Positions 29,151 to 39,326 of a DNA stretch of 64,000 nucleotides are shown here, piece after piece (positions within the stretch are counted from its first letter, which is position 1; each line of letters starts with the position of its first letter). The position numbers and the translations under genes were made by a program. The notes under the pieces were generated by a model that ran no database searches, was not told the DNA's origin, and saw nothing but the letters and a program-made list of their open reading frames with translations. The stretch comes from an uncultured bacterium (GTDB lineage Bacteria > Chloroflexota > UBA5177 > JANWHV01), in contig CAVSOU010000008.1 in the NCBI GenBank assembly GCA_963729625.1, forward strand, positions 1-64,000, read 5' to 3'.

Positions 29151-29390
29151 ATGTACCTCGTAAGCAGATTCCGCCGCGTTGGACTCGGTGGCGGTTCGTT
29201 TCAGCGCACGGCGTTCTCCCTCAGGGCTGGGAGCTCTCCGTCTATCAATCGTCCGCCGGAGCCGCAGCAAGAGAGCGCGGCATCCCCTCAGCTGCTGTGC
29301 CGCTGGGAAACGGAAGAGGGGCCGGCCGGAGATAGCGGCATGCAGACTCTCCGTGATCGGCTGTTCATGCACTGGATGCCTGTACACTGA
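29151..29390 (+). CDS. Small hypothetical protein
   Basis: Strong RBS AAAGGAGGT before ATG; upstream TGCTATAGT extended -10 near 29010. Confidence 0.4.
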   Translation: MYLVSRFRRVGLGGGSFQRTAFSLRAGSSPSINRPPEPQQESAASPQLLCRWETEEGPAGDSGMQTLRDRLFMHWMPVH

Positions 29391-29881
29391 GGACGGGTGT
29401 GCCTCGCACGACCAGGCGTGCAGCGCGGCGCCGGCACACCGTTGAAACTCCTGCGCCCCACGATCACCGCGCCGATTCGGTCGAATGAGTCGCCCGCGAC
29501 GTCATGGGAGCGTTCCCGATGCGCGCGGGCCAAGCCAGGAGCCTTGCCAATCGCCCACTGGCATCGGGCCGTCCGTCGATGAGCGAGGGCAAGCTGCCCA
29601 TGGACAGGATCGGCCCGCCGGCCGCGGTGAAGGGACGATGCCCACACGATGATAGGCTGGCCGGTTTCCACCAGTTCTCGCAGAGGAACGGCGTGATGAC
29701 GAGGGCCTGTTTTCGGCTCAGAGAGCACGAGGTCCGGCTTGAGGCTGTGCAGGAGCGGCACGGCGCTGGGCACATCGACGATCGCGGCAAGCACCATGAC
29801 GTCGGGCCGGTGTCGCAATCGCTGGGCAAGTGCGCCTCGCACTTGGTCGTGAGCCTCGATAATCAGCACGGGTAGAACCAT
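29288..29881 (-). pseudogene. Atypical receiver-domain protein, apparently truncated or chimeric
   Basis: VLIIEAHDQVRGALAQRL...KPDLVLSEPK is REC-like; distal IGAVIVGRRSF resembles DHFR/RibD family. Confidence 0.45.
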
Positions 29882-29930
29882 GATCGATCCTTCGGCGTCC
29901 CTGCAGCAGCTTCATGGCTTGTGGCCGCCC

Positions 29931-30167
29931 CTATGGAGCAGGTTGACGGCGGCGCCTTCGCCCGGAGTAGCCCGCTGTCGCGTAGGGAATGGCGTCGGCC
30001 CACATGCGCAGCAGACTCTGGCTTCCGCACCGTCCGCAGGTGAGCACAGCGCGTCGCGGCAACTCGAATGCCTCCTGTTGGCTCACGGGCCTGCTGGCTC
30101 GATCAGCGTGATGCATGAAGCTCCGACTGTTCGAGCAACTCAAGCACTCGAGCTGCGCTTTGTACAT
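29931..30167 (-). CDS. Small zinc-ribbon protein
   Basis: RBS GAGGAGG; CLSC and CGRCGS; basic tail RRRRR. Confidence 0.6.
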   Translation of the reverse strand: MYKAQLECLSCSNSRSFMHHADRASRPVSQQEAFELPRRAVLTCGRCGSQSLLRMWADAIPYATAGYSGRRRRRQPAP

Positions 30168-30773
30168 GCTCACCTGCTCCTCCTCATCCACTCGCTTGCT
30201 CGCACAGCCATGTCGCCGTGCACTATCCTTCGGAGATGGCCGCGCCGAGAATCCGCATTCTCTGCGGAAATACTCGCCCCGTCCGGGCGTCACCATGTCT
30301 GCCGGGTGCTGTCTCGCAGTATGCACGCGCCCGCTCCTCGTGTCAAGAATATGTGGATGGGGCTTCGCTCATGTCGGGCTTCGCTGGCGCTGGACCGCCA
30401 TTATAGGTGAGGATCCTCAGGGCAATTGTGGCCCAGATGCCACAGGCGGTTTGGTTGGGCGGGACTGGGGCCTGGCATCCTCCTGGCTGAAGGAGAGGGT
30501 GATGGGATGCCGTGTCAGCGCTGTCGGGCCGAGCGGTGCACCGAGGAGGGACACGACCGCGCGGGGCGTCAGGGCTTGCTGTACTGGCTGTAATTGCGGA
30601 CGCCTGGAGCGGAGCGCCGCAGCCGAACCGGCGACTTGACGGAGGCGAGCATGACGGGGCTGTAGCCACAGCCACTGCGAACACGCCGCTGCTGCGCGCC
30701 ATCTTCTTCCATCTCGTCGGCAACGCGAGCAGGTTGCCCACAACGCTCAGACGGCCCGTCCGGGCCGCAATCG

Positions 30774-30980
30774 TCAGCGGCACTTCCCGGTGCCCGCCAT
30801 CGTGACGATCACGCCGCTGTCCGCGAATACCTCACGGACCGTGGCACACTTGCGGTCCACGATGAACAGGTTTCCGTTGGGATCCACGGCGAAGCCAACC
30901 GGCCGGTTCAGGCAGGCAGAGAAGACCCGGACTCCGTTCCCGACGCGGCCAAGCGCGCCCTGCGTGGTGCCCGCGACACG
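30774..30980 (-). pseudogene. NHL-repeat remnant
   Basis: Manual translation RVAGTTQG...LNRPVGFAVDPNGNLFIVD...VREV...GVIVTMAGTG. Confidence 0.6.
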
Positions 30981-31998
30981 CCCGGCCTACTCCGCGGAAC
31001 GTGGCCACAGCCTCCGACGACTGCCGACCGGGTTACCGCAGCAACGTTCGTCCAACTCGGCGGTTGCGGTGTCAAATGGGTCATGCGCCTCCGACCAACC
31101 ATTCGCGCGCCTGCGGGACAGTGTCGGCGTAAACGCCGACGACACCCCTGATATCGCCGGACTGCTTCGCGGCCCACGTCGGCCAACGGGAAGATCGTGG
31201 TGGACCGCTGCCTGTAGGCCAGGCTGGGGTTTGGCAGCAGTGGGGTTTGGTGCCCGACTCGGACGCAGGACCACTACGAGCCTCGCCTCTCCGACGTGCG
31301 TGCAGGCAGGCGCTCGCCGACGGCAGCGCTGTGGAGTTCGAGGCGTGCTCCCAGCAGCGGCAACGCAGGTTGAGCGTGCGCGTGCGTCCGATGGGAGATC
31401 GCCTTGCGGCGTTTTGTCAGGACGTGAGATCCCAGCGGCGACGACAGCTGTGGCCCCGGGTTTAGAGAGATAAATCAGGTTATATTTGACTCAGGAAGGA
31501 TAACGGCGCATACTGAATACGCGTGATCAACTCCTCGGGCGTTCCACGCTGAGCAACGCAGTGCGGGTTCCCGCCGGCACTGTCCACCCAACGGTCACAA
31601 CCGGTACCGGCAGCTACAGTCGTTGGGATGACGCCTCGCTCCGTATTGCCGCGATCCCAGCCTCGTACCCGTCCGCCATGGCCGCCCATGGCTCGCTTCA
31701 CCCGACACGGAGCTTCCTGGATTCGCCCTTCCTTCTTGAGGAAATGGCCAATGCGGGAAGCAGCAGGCCTCCGGAAGGCTGCTCCTCGACGAGCTGGACG
31801 TCGGGTCAGTGTTGGGAAACTGGTTCCGACCCACGAGCATGTTCCGTGAGCGGTACGGACTGCTGCGGCCACTGAGACTGTGCCGCAACGGAAGGGATGG
31901 ACGAGGGCGTCGATCAAGGGAAGGTAGCGCGCGAGCTAGCACGCCGCCCGGCGAGGGCCGGGGGCAGCAAGCACGATCAGTGGAAGGACTAGAAAATC

Positions 31999-32271
31999 AT
32001 GGCCATGTTAGTTGTTCATCACCGGGTCAGAGACTATCGCGCCTGGCGAAAGGTATACGACGAGGTCGGACCGTTGCAGAAGGCAGCCGGGGTGACTGCC
32101 GAGAGCGTCTACCAGGCCAAGGACGACCCGAACAGCGTGCTGGTTCTGCACAGCTTCGCCACGATGGCCGCCGCTGAGGCGTTCGCCGCCAATCCGGCCT
32201 TGCGCGAGGCCATGCAGCATGGCGGGGTGGAAGGTGCACCGCGGGTGGAGTTCTTCGAGGCGGCTCCCTGA
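31999..32271 (+). CDS. Dimeric alpha/beta-barrel (ABM/cyclase-like) protein
   Basis: HHRVRDYRAWRKVYD, DDPNSVLVLHSF, LREAMQHGGVEGAP. Confidence 0.8.
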   Translation: MAMLVVHHRVRDYRAWRKVYDEVGPLQKAAGVTAESVYQAKDDPNSVLVLHSFATMAAAEAFAANPALREAMQHGGVEGAPRVEFFEAAP

Positions 32272-32388
32272 ACGTCGCACATGCTGTTTGACGTGCAGGA
32301 GTAGCCAGCCGTGTACTACTCGAGCCCAGAGCTCGGTTCGTGAGATGAGTCGCGGGTTCACCGTGACGGCACATGAGGAGGTCATTCC

Positions 32389-32823
32389 ATGGCAGCAGAA
32401 GACGAGGTCCGGCAAGCATCAAATCGATTCTACGCGGCGCTGAACAGTGGGACCTCTGGCGACGCCGGCCCGATGATGGCAATTTGGTCGCATGGCCCAG
32501 ACGTGACCACCATGCACCCGATCGGGAAGCGTGAGGTGGGCTGGGAACAGGTGCGGCCGGTGTGGGAGATGGCAGCCAACGCCTTCAGCGGGGGCAGGAT
32601 TCGGTTGAGCGACCAGCTGATCCGCGTGGGGACGGATTTGGCCTACGAGGTCGGTGTGGAGGAAGGTGAGGCTACGCTGGCCGGCGAGCACGTCTCGATC
32701 AGCCAGCGAGTGACCAACATCTACCGCCGTGAGGGTGGGGACTGGAAGATAGTTCACCACCATAGCGATGCCTCGCCGGCGATGAACGAACTGCTCAGCC
32801 GGCTCCAGCCGCCGCCACAGTAG
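32389..32823 (+). CDS. NTF2/SnoaL-like (DUF4440) protein
   Basis: FYAALN, HPIGKREVGWEQV, RVTNIYRREGGDWKIVHHH; RBS GAGGAGG. Confidence 0.85.
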   Translation: MAAEDEVRQASNRFYAALNSGTSGDAGPMMAIWSHGPDVTTMHPIGKREVGWEQVRPVWEMAANAFSGGRIRLSDQLIRVGTDLAYEVGVEEGEATLAGEHVSISQRVTNIYRREGGDWKIVHHHSDASPAMNELLSRLQPPPQ

Positions 32824-33019
32824 GAAACAGCTCGCCCAGACAAACCTAGTTGGTCAAGTGCGTTGCTCATAGCCATTGCCGCGGCGCTTGAGACCCAGGT
32901 CTTCAGGCTGCGGGTACCCACAAGAGTGGGTGTCCTCCGCGTGGACGATGACAACGAGACTGGCGGGCCCACCGAGGTCCCCAAACAAGAAAGGACGACA
33001 CGACATGCGATTCTCGCGA

Positions 33020-33384
33020 TATTCATTCACGTTGGTGACAAAGTGAACTGGGTGTCCGGCGGGGTGCTCTTTCACACGGTCAGCTTCGGCATCGATCCGC
33101 GCAAGACGCCGCTACTTATCCCGGTAGCGACCGGCCCCACCGGCCCGACTCTGGCGCTCAACCCGGTGATCAGCACGCCGGTCATGCCGGCCGGCGGCAT
33201 GTACACCGGAGGCGTGGCCAGCTCCGGCCTCGACCTGCAGGGTAATTACCTGAATCTGCCCGGCCAGAAATACGTGAAGGCTGCGTTTTCCCTGACCTTC
33301 GCCAAGGCCGGTACGTACACCTACAATTGCCTGGTTCATCCGGGCATGATAGGAACGATCACCGTGCTGCCGACAGGCCAGTAG
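33020..33384 (+). pseudogene. Cupredoxin/plastocyanin domain, apparently N-terminally truncated
   Basis: IHVGDKVNW...FHTVSF...GTYTYNCLVHPGMIGTITV (type 1 Cu ligands); no signal peptide. Confidence 0.7.
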
Positions 33385-33436
33385 CACGCGATAGAGCGAG
33401 CAGCGCACAGCCCTGCCGTTGAGCAGGGAGCAGTGT

Positions 33437-33469
33437 CGTGGGGCGCGGGCAACATGCCCGCGCCCCACG
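33437..33469 (+). terminator. 14-bp perfect GC hairpin
   Basis: CGTGGGGCGCGGGC-AACAT-GCCCGCGCCCCACG. Confidence 0.55.
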
Positions 33470-33490
33470 GAACACACAGGGGGATAACTG

Positions 33491-34108
33491 GTGAGCCTTC
33501 CACACCACCTGGATCGAAGTACGCGGCACCTTCGACCATCAAGCCACCTTCAGGCACCGATCGCGCCAGCCAGGGCTGCCCCATCGGGTCGCGCGCTACG
33601 CCGAGCGGCCGTGGCATGCCTCGTGCTCCTGGTGGCGCTCGGCCTTGTGGGCATTGGCGTCAGCGTCCATGGTCGGGCAGCAGCAAAGCCGGACCTTGGC
33701 GGCAAGCCGACGGCAACGACCGTTGATCCGGGCCTGATCCTGCGGCCCCAAACCGTTACCCAGTCGAAGCGGATCGGCGGCCTCTATCTTGAGATGACCA
33801 TGTCACCCCTCATACCAGGTATGAACCACTTCGCACTGCGGATCGATAACGGCAGTCAGCCCCTCGGTCAGGCAGCAGTTACCGCGACCGCAACCATGCT
33901 GGGCATGGTCATGAGCCCCCTCCACGTTACGTTCACGGCAGGCGCCGGTGGTCGTTACGCGGCCGTAGGCACGCTGCCGATGTTCGGCAACTGGCAAATC
34001 GCACTCACGGTCCGGCAGCCGCACGGCGGCACTGTAACTACACTCTTCTCTCTTTCGCTTAACCTTCCGCCGGGGCTTTTCGCGTCACCACAAACGAAGC
34101 GGAAATAG
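33491..34108 (+). CDS. Membrane-anchored YtkA/FixH-like protein
   Basis: One TM segment; SPLIPGMNHF, TMLGMVM, GRYAAVG.LPMFGNWQIAL. Confidence 0.65.
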   Translation: MSLPHHLDRSTRHLRPSSHLQAPIAPARAAPSGRALRRAAVACLVLLVALGLVGIGVSVHGRAAAKPDLGGKPTATTVDPGLILRPQTVTQSKRIGGLYLEMTMSPLIPGMNHFALRIDNGSQPLGQAAVTATATMLGMVMSPLHVTFTAGAGGRYAAVGTLPMFGNWQIALTVRQPHGGTVTTLFSLSLNLPPGLFASPQTKRK

Positions 34109-34827
34109 TCCATAACGACAGATTGTCTAACCCTATCGACTGCGCCGTTGCGCGGTCAGCCTGCGAAGCGCGCAGAGGTGCCGCTGCATCGCACCCGCTC
34201 AACTCGTCGCACGTTCCACGGGGAGCCACGCAGTACCGGCTTGCCGCGGGCACTTGCGCGATCTTCGAGAAGCACAACACGAAGCCTCCTGGGCCCGGCG
34301 CTATCACCTGATTGAGCAGCGTTCGCGGTTGCAGCCGCAGGCGAGCCTGCTGTGCGCAGCGGGTAGGCGCAACCCGGTGCATGGGTCTATCGCGCATCAG
34401 AGACAGCTGGCCCCAGCTCGTTGGGCAGGAATGCACGATATGCACCCAGGCATGACGAGCCGAGCCAGCCAGATCACCTGCCACATCACGACGCCATCGC
34501 TCCACGACGGCGAACGTGAGGTTGCATCTTCATGCATGAGCGGTTGTGGCGCTCCACAGTCGCGTCAGCCAGGAGGCAACTCTATGTGCCGTTGCGTCGT
34601 TACAGATCAGATGCTTACACACGCCGATCGGACACCCGAGCAACTCACGAGGCTCATCATCGGGGTGACTCGGGTGTTGACGGGCGGGTTGAGCGCAGAG
34701 TCTGCCAGCCGCCACTCGATGAGCTAGCGCCGGCTCAACCGATCTATACTGGCGCTGATAGTGGAAGCTTGTCGAGACCCGAGCCGGTGAGCTGGGTCTC
34801 GCCGGTCCAGTTGCGGGGAGGTTAACC

Positions 34828-37206
34828 ATGGCGCGGCGACTTGCTCTTCTGGTGAGTATCGTAGTTGGACTGCTCCCCGTGTTCGCCCTTCCCTCGCCGC
34901 GCGCAGCCGCGGAAGGCCGGAGTGGCGAGTCCGTGCCCACACTCCTCATCGGGAGTTGGTCGGCCGGGAGCGTCAGCGGGATCACCTTCCAGAATCCATT
35001 GACCGGCGAGTACGCGCCTCCTACCGGTGCCGGAGAGCGCTACACGTTCGCTGCCGACGGGCACTACGTCTATGGCGGCCTGTTGCAGACGTCGTTCTAT
35101 GGCTGCACCAGCGCTGTCTTCCTCTACGCTACAGGCCGCCTCGTCGCCGACAAGAACACTCTGACTCTCACACCGGACCAGAGCGCCGTGGTCAGCAAGG
35201 ATACGTGCAACAAGAAGAACAACTACACCAAACCGGGCTCGCTGGCGAAAGAGACGTACCGCTGGGCGCTCGATCAGTACCAGCGGGGCACGAAGCTGTG
35301 CTTGCAGCAGCGTGCCCCGAAGGCCGCGGCGCAGCCGAATTGTGAATTCTGGCTCGAGGGCTCGCCGCGGAGCAAGGCGACGGCAGTCAACGCGGGTACG
35401 GGGACGGCATTCTGGCACAACCGGTCGTCCGGCACCAGCCTCGATCTCTTCGGAGTCGGCTGCGGGAACACGCAAGACTGCGTGGCGGTAGGTTGGAAGC
35501 TGAACGCACAATTGGACGACGACACGGTTGCCCTGCACAGCGTAGACGGAGGCACTTCGTGGCTGCGCCAGTTGCGACTAGGAGGCGGCATCAAGCTGCG
35601 CGGCGCGAGCTGCGCGCAGGCTGGCACCTGTCTGGTAGTCGGCGACAGCGCTAGTTCGGGTGGGGTTGCCTTGCCGGTTGGTCATGGGACCGTGGTCTGG
35701 ACCGCGAATGCCCTGGGCGCCAATTCCGGGGCAATCCACGGCATCGGCTGTGCCGGCATGCGCGTGTGTGTTGCTGTTGGCCTCGACGGCGCCATGCTCA
35801 CCAGCGTGAACGGCGGAGCGAGTTGGACAGGCAGAAGGTCCAGTACCACCAAGACGCTTGCCGCGGTCAGCTGCCCAAGCGTGAGCTTGTGCGTGGTCGT
35901 GGGCGAGGCCGGCACCGTGCTCACCAGCACCGATGCTGGAAGCACTTGGACCAACCGTGTATCCGGTACCAGCGATGACCTTGACGGCGTGACCTGCCTG
36001 AGCAACAGCGTGTGCCTGGCCGTGGGCGGCGGTCGCATCCTGGCCAGCACCAACGCCGGAGCCAGCTGGAGCCCGCATAGCATGCCGCCCGGCACGTACG
36101 ACGCCCTGCAGACAGTCACCTGTTTCACCAGCAGCGGGTGTGTAGCGGTGGGCGAGAGCGGCGCCATCCTGGCCAGCGCCGACGGCGGCGCCACGTGGGC
36201 TACTCGCGCGTCGGGCACCAACAACAATTTGTACGGCGTGGCCTGTCCGAGCAGTACCAGATGCGTAGCGGTGGGTATGAACGGCACGGTCCTCGCCAGC
36301 GCCGACGGCGGCGCCACCTGGCATGCGGGGTCCTCAGGTACGACTCAGAGCCTGCGTGGTGTGAGCTGCGCAGGGCCAACCCGCTGTCTGGCCGTGGGCG
36401 ACGACGGCGCCATTCGATCCAGTATCGACGGCGGCGGCAGCTGGAGTAGCAGCTCCGCGGGTACCGACGACGCCTTCACTGCCGTCGCCTGCCCGAGCAC
36501 GACCGACTGCCTGGCAGCGACGCCACGCGGCGTGCTGACCACCACGGACGGCGGTGTCCGCTGGTCGATCTGGACGCCGGCCGCAAGCACGGCGCTCAAC
36601 GGGGTGAGCTGCCCGAGCACGACGAGCTGCGTGGCCGTAGGGTATTCCGGCGCGGAGGCGGCTGGGATCCTGACCAGCGTGGATAGCGGTCGCAGCTGGT
36701 CGAACCGGGCCACGAGCAGCGCGAGCACCCTGGAAGCCGTGAGCTGTCCCAGCGCACGAATTTGCGTGGCCGTGGGCAATGACGGCCTGGACCTTACCAG
36801 CGCCGATGGCGGCGTCACCTGGACGAGCCGGCATTCCGGGATCAAAGACACCTCACTGTATGGAGTGAGCTGCCCAAGCACGCGCGTCTGCATCGCGGTG
36901 GGCGGTGAGCTGAACGGTATCGTGCTGAGCAGCCACGACGGCGGAGTGACGTGGTCGACGTACGAGTCGTTTGACGACATCACACACGGGAGCGTCCTGT
37001 ACGGTGTCGGCTGCGCCAATCTGACTTTCTGCGTCGCGGTCGGCCAGTACGGCACCATCCTCACCACCGCGGACGGTGGCGAGCACTGGACCAGCCAGGT
37101 AGCGTCGGGCGGCAGCAAGACCACGACACTGAACGGCGTCACCTGCAGTCGTGGTGGCACCTGCCTTGCGGTCGGCACTGGTGGCGCGATCCTTCGCTTG
37201 AGCTGA
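34828..37206 (+). CDS. Secreted BNR/YCF48-like beta-propeller with 14 Cys-pair repeats
   Basis: Signal peptide; 14 repeats of GVSCx5CxAVG, most followed by SxDGGxTW. Confidence 0.88.
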   Translation: MARRLALLVSIVVGLLPVFALPSPRAAAEGRSGESVPTLLIGSWSAGSVSGITFQNPLTGEYAPPTGAGERYTFAADGHYVYGGLLQTSFYGCTSAVFLYATGRLVADKNTLTLTPDQSAVVSKDTCNKKNNYTKPGSLAKETYRWALDQYQRGTKLCLQQRAPKAAAQPNCEFWLEGSPRSKATAVNAGTGTAFWHNRSSGTSLDLFGVGCGNTQDCVAVGWKLNAQLDDDTVALHSVDGGTSWLRQLRLGGGIKLRGASCAQAGTCLVVGDSASSGGVALPVGHGTVVWTANALGANSGAIHGIGCAGMRVCVAVGLDGAMLTSVNGGASWTGRRSSTTKTLAAVSCPSVSLCVVVGEAGTVLTSTDAGSTWTNRVSGTSDDLDGVTCLSNSVCLAVGGGRILASTNAGASWSPHSMPPGTYDALQTVTCFTSSGCVAVGESGAILASADGGATWATRASGTNNNLYGVACPSSTRCVAVGMNGTVLASADGGATWHAGSSGTTQSLRGVSCAGPTRCLAVGDDGAIRSSIDGGGSWSSSSAGTDDAFTAVACPSTTDCLAATPRGVLTTTDGGVRWSIWTPAASTALNGVSCPSTTSCVAVGYSGAEAAGILTSVDSGRSWSNRATSSASTLEAVSCPSARICVAVGNDGLDLTSADGGVTWTSRHSGIKDTSLYGVSCPSTRVCIAVGGELNGIVLSSHDGGVTWSTYESFDDITHGSVLYGVGCANLTFCVAVGQYGTILTTADGGEHWTSQVASGGSKTTTLNGVTCSRGGTCLAVGTGGAILRLS

Positions 37207-37599
37207 GTCACTCGTTCGGGGCTACGTGGACGGACGAGCAACGGGTTGAGTCACGGGAAGCGCGCCGCCCATGGGCTGCGGTGCACGAGCGCTGTTCGTG
37301 CAGGCAGCTGAGTTGGCCCGCGGTATGGGCGATCGCGGATTGCTGGCCGACCTGCACGCCATGCTGCAAGCACATGGGGACTGGATGGAGTTGAGACAAT
37401 CGGATGGGAGCGCCGCCATAGCGCACGACGGCCGCGCGTCCCGCGCGCACGAGCCCGGGTGACGCAGCTCTCGCAGTGAGAGAGATCAGACGGCGGTATG
37501 CCGGGCAGTGGTATGCTCGGGGTCATGGCAGGTAGAACGCATGAGGACAGGAAACTCCTATCCATCCCCCTATTGGCGAAACAAAGGAGCGGAGAGAAG

Positions 37600-38031
37600 A
37601 TGGCGTCGACAAGCCGTCCGAATGGCGGGGCCGATTCAGCGAACATCACGAAGCGGATCCAAGAGCTGGGGGATTGGAGAGGAGAGACCCTCGCCCATGT
37701 CCGTCAGCTCATCCACGATGCCGACCCCGACATCCAGGAGGAGTGGAAATGGGTTAAAGAAAGCTCGCCGGGTACCCCCGTCTGGTCCCATGACGGAGGC
37801 ATCTGCACGGGGGAAACGTACAAGCAGGCGGTGAAGCTCACCTTCTTCCGCGGAGCCTCTCTCGAGGACCCGAACAAGATCTTCAATTCCAGCTTGGAAG
37901 GGAACGTGCGGCGAGCGATCGACTTCCACGAAGGAGAGAAGATCGACGAAGCTGCCTTCAAGCAGCTCATCCGCGCCGCGGTGGCAGCCAACTCCGCAGC
38001 GCTTGCTCAACGGGCAGCGAAGAAGAAGTGA
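37600..38031 (+). CDS. DUF1801 (YdhG-like) protein
   Basis: LGDWRGETL, EEWKW, PVWSHDGGICTGETYK, FNSSLEGNVRRAID. Confidence 0.88.
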   Translation: MASTSRPNGGADSANITKRIQELGDWRGETLAHVRQLIHDADPDIQEEWKWVKESSPGTPVWSHDGGICTGETYKQAVKLTFFRGASLEDPNKIFNSSLEGNVRRAIDFHEGEKIDEAAFKQLIRAAVAANSAALAQRAAKKK

Positions 38032-38094
38032 GCCCTTGGGCTCGCCCGTTAACAGGCAGATCATGCCTTCTCGCACACGCGATATTTAGCCTGT

Positions 38095-38113
38095 TTAGGT
38101 GCTTGAAACCTAG
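38095..38113. promoter_or_regulatory. Candidate DtxR/IdeR/MntR-type operator
   Basis: TTAGGT-N7-ACCTAG, a 19-bp near-palindrome in an AT-rich patch. Confidence 0.35.
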
Positions 38114-38211
38114 AATTCTATTCTTTATCCTGAAGTATGAGTGGGTGAATGTTGTCGGCATGGTTGCCTTGAGTGCGCGCCTCTACTATCGGTTCGATCG
38201 GGGGATCAGGG

Positions 38212-38820
38212 ATGGCAGACCAGGCTCAGGCCGTGGCGATGGGCATCGGCATTGACGCGCGGCCACGTTCGACCATCCAGATCGTGCCGGTCAAGGGACT
38301 TCCTATCGTCGTGGCAATCATCATCGGGCTGATAGCGTCCATCGCGACCGATTCGCGGTGGGCGCTCACGTTCTATCACGTGGCGGGCGGGGGCCTGTGG
38401 ACGGGGATCGACCTCTTTGTCGGGCTCGTCATCGGGCCGATCATCGGCCGCATGTCCATACCGTCCCGGGCCGAGTTCTCGGCGCGGTTCATGCCGATGA
38501 TGGTGCTGATCATGCCGACACTCGTGATCATGACCCTCGCGTCAGGTTTCCAGCTGGCTATCGATCTCGGCAACCTCGCCTCTTCAAGCCCGAACCACGG
38601 TTGGTTGATCGGGTCGTTCGTCGTGGTCGGCGTCATGGCCACAATCGCCCTTGGACTTCTGGAGCCGGCTAATATCGCCGTGCTGTTCGAGATGAACAAA
38701 CCGCATCCCAACGGCAGGATCATCGGCACGCTCATGCGCCGGTTCATCTACACTGCCGGCGTCACCGGCACCATGCAGGTAGCGACGCTCGTGATCATGA
38801 CGCGCGTGGCATCGCAATGA
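38212..38820 (+). CDS. Multi-pass membrane protein
   Basis: About 5 hydrophobic segments; HVAGGGLWTGIDLFVG. Confidence 0.75.
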   Translation: MADQAQAVAMGIGIDARPRSTIQIVPVKGLPIVVAIIIGLIASIATDSRWALTFYHVAGGGLWTGIDLFVGLVIGPIIGRMSIPSRAEFSARFMPMMVLIMPTLVIMTLASGFQLAIDLGNLASSSPNHGWLIGSFVVVGVMATIALGLLEPANIAVLFEMNKPHPNGRIIGTLMRRFIYTAGVTGTMQVATLVIMTRVASQ

Positions 38821-39233
38821 GCGCGGTCTCCCAGAGTCCTGTCGCTCCGCCGGTTGCCCAGCTGGCCGGCGCTTCCCTGGCCCTGGTGGTCGTCGGGGGC
38901 ATCATCATGGCGTCCTCGTTTCCGGGCCAACCTTCGCTCGCTGCTCCCATCGGGCTTCTCGTGCTGAGCGCCCTGCTACTGGCCACCAGTATCGCCCTCC
39001 TCGCCCGGCATCGTGGATTTGCCTGGCACACATTCTTCCTCGTGGCAAAGTGGGCGCTGCTCGCCTACGCGGTGTCCGCGGGGATGATCGAGTATTCCTT
39101 CGTGCATAACCACACCAGTGGCGCGCCGCTGTTGGTACTCACGCTGATGCTGATCCTGTTCGCGGCCAACGTGCCGTTGCTCATCAGCTTCACGGTTGCG
39201 CGGTACCAGACGGGACTGGACGCGGATCGCTAG
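38817..39233 (+). CDS. Small 4-TM membrane protein
   Basis: ATGA-coupled to the upstream gene; four hydrophobic segments. Confidence 0.75.
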   Translation: MSAVSQSPVAPPVAQLAGASLALVVVGGIIMASSFPGQPSLAAPIGLLVLSALLLATSIALLARHRGFAWHTFFLVAKWALLAYAVSAGMIEYSFVHNHTSGAPLLVLTLMLILFAANVPLLISFTVARYQTGLDADR

Positions 39234-39326
39234 GGCGCCGTCGAGACCAATTGACGCACTGCCGGAACCGCCACGTGGTCGTCACCGGCGTGTGAACTCC
39301 CGTGCAGTGTGCCGGTCGAGCCCGCT

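Noticed and set aside
34254-34727. Degenerate radical SAM SPASM domain (GSI...W.G, CMSGC)
   Set aside because: Too few conserved cysteines and no radical SAM core; cannot be supported by eye
34828-37206. DNA-level repeats as a non-coding array or DGR template
   Set aside because: Repeats are in-frame, divergent protein repeats; no reverse transcriptase or adenine-specific variation seen
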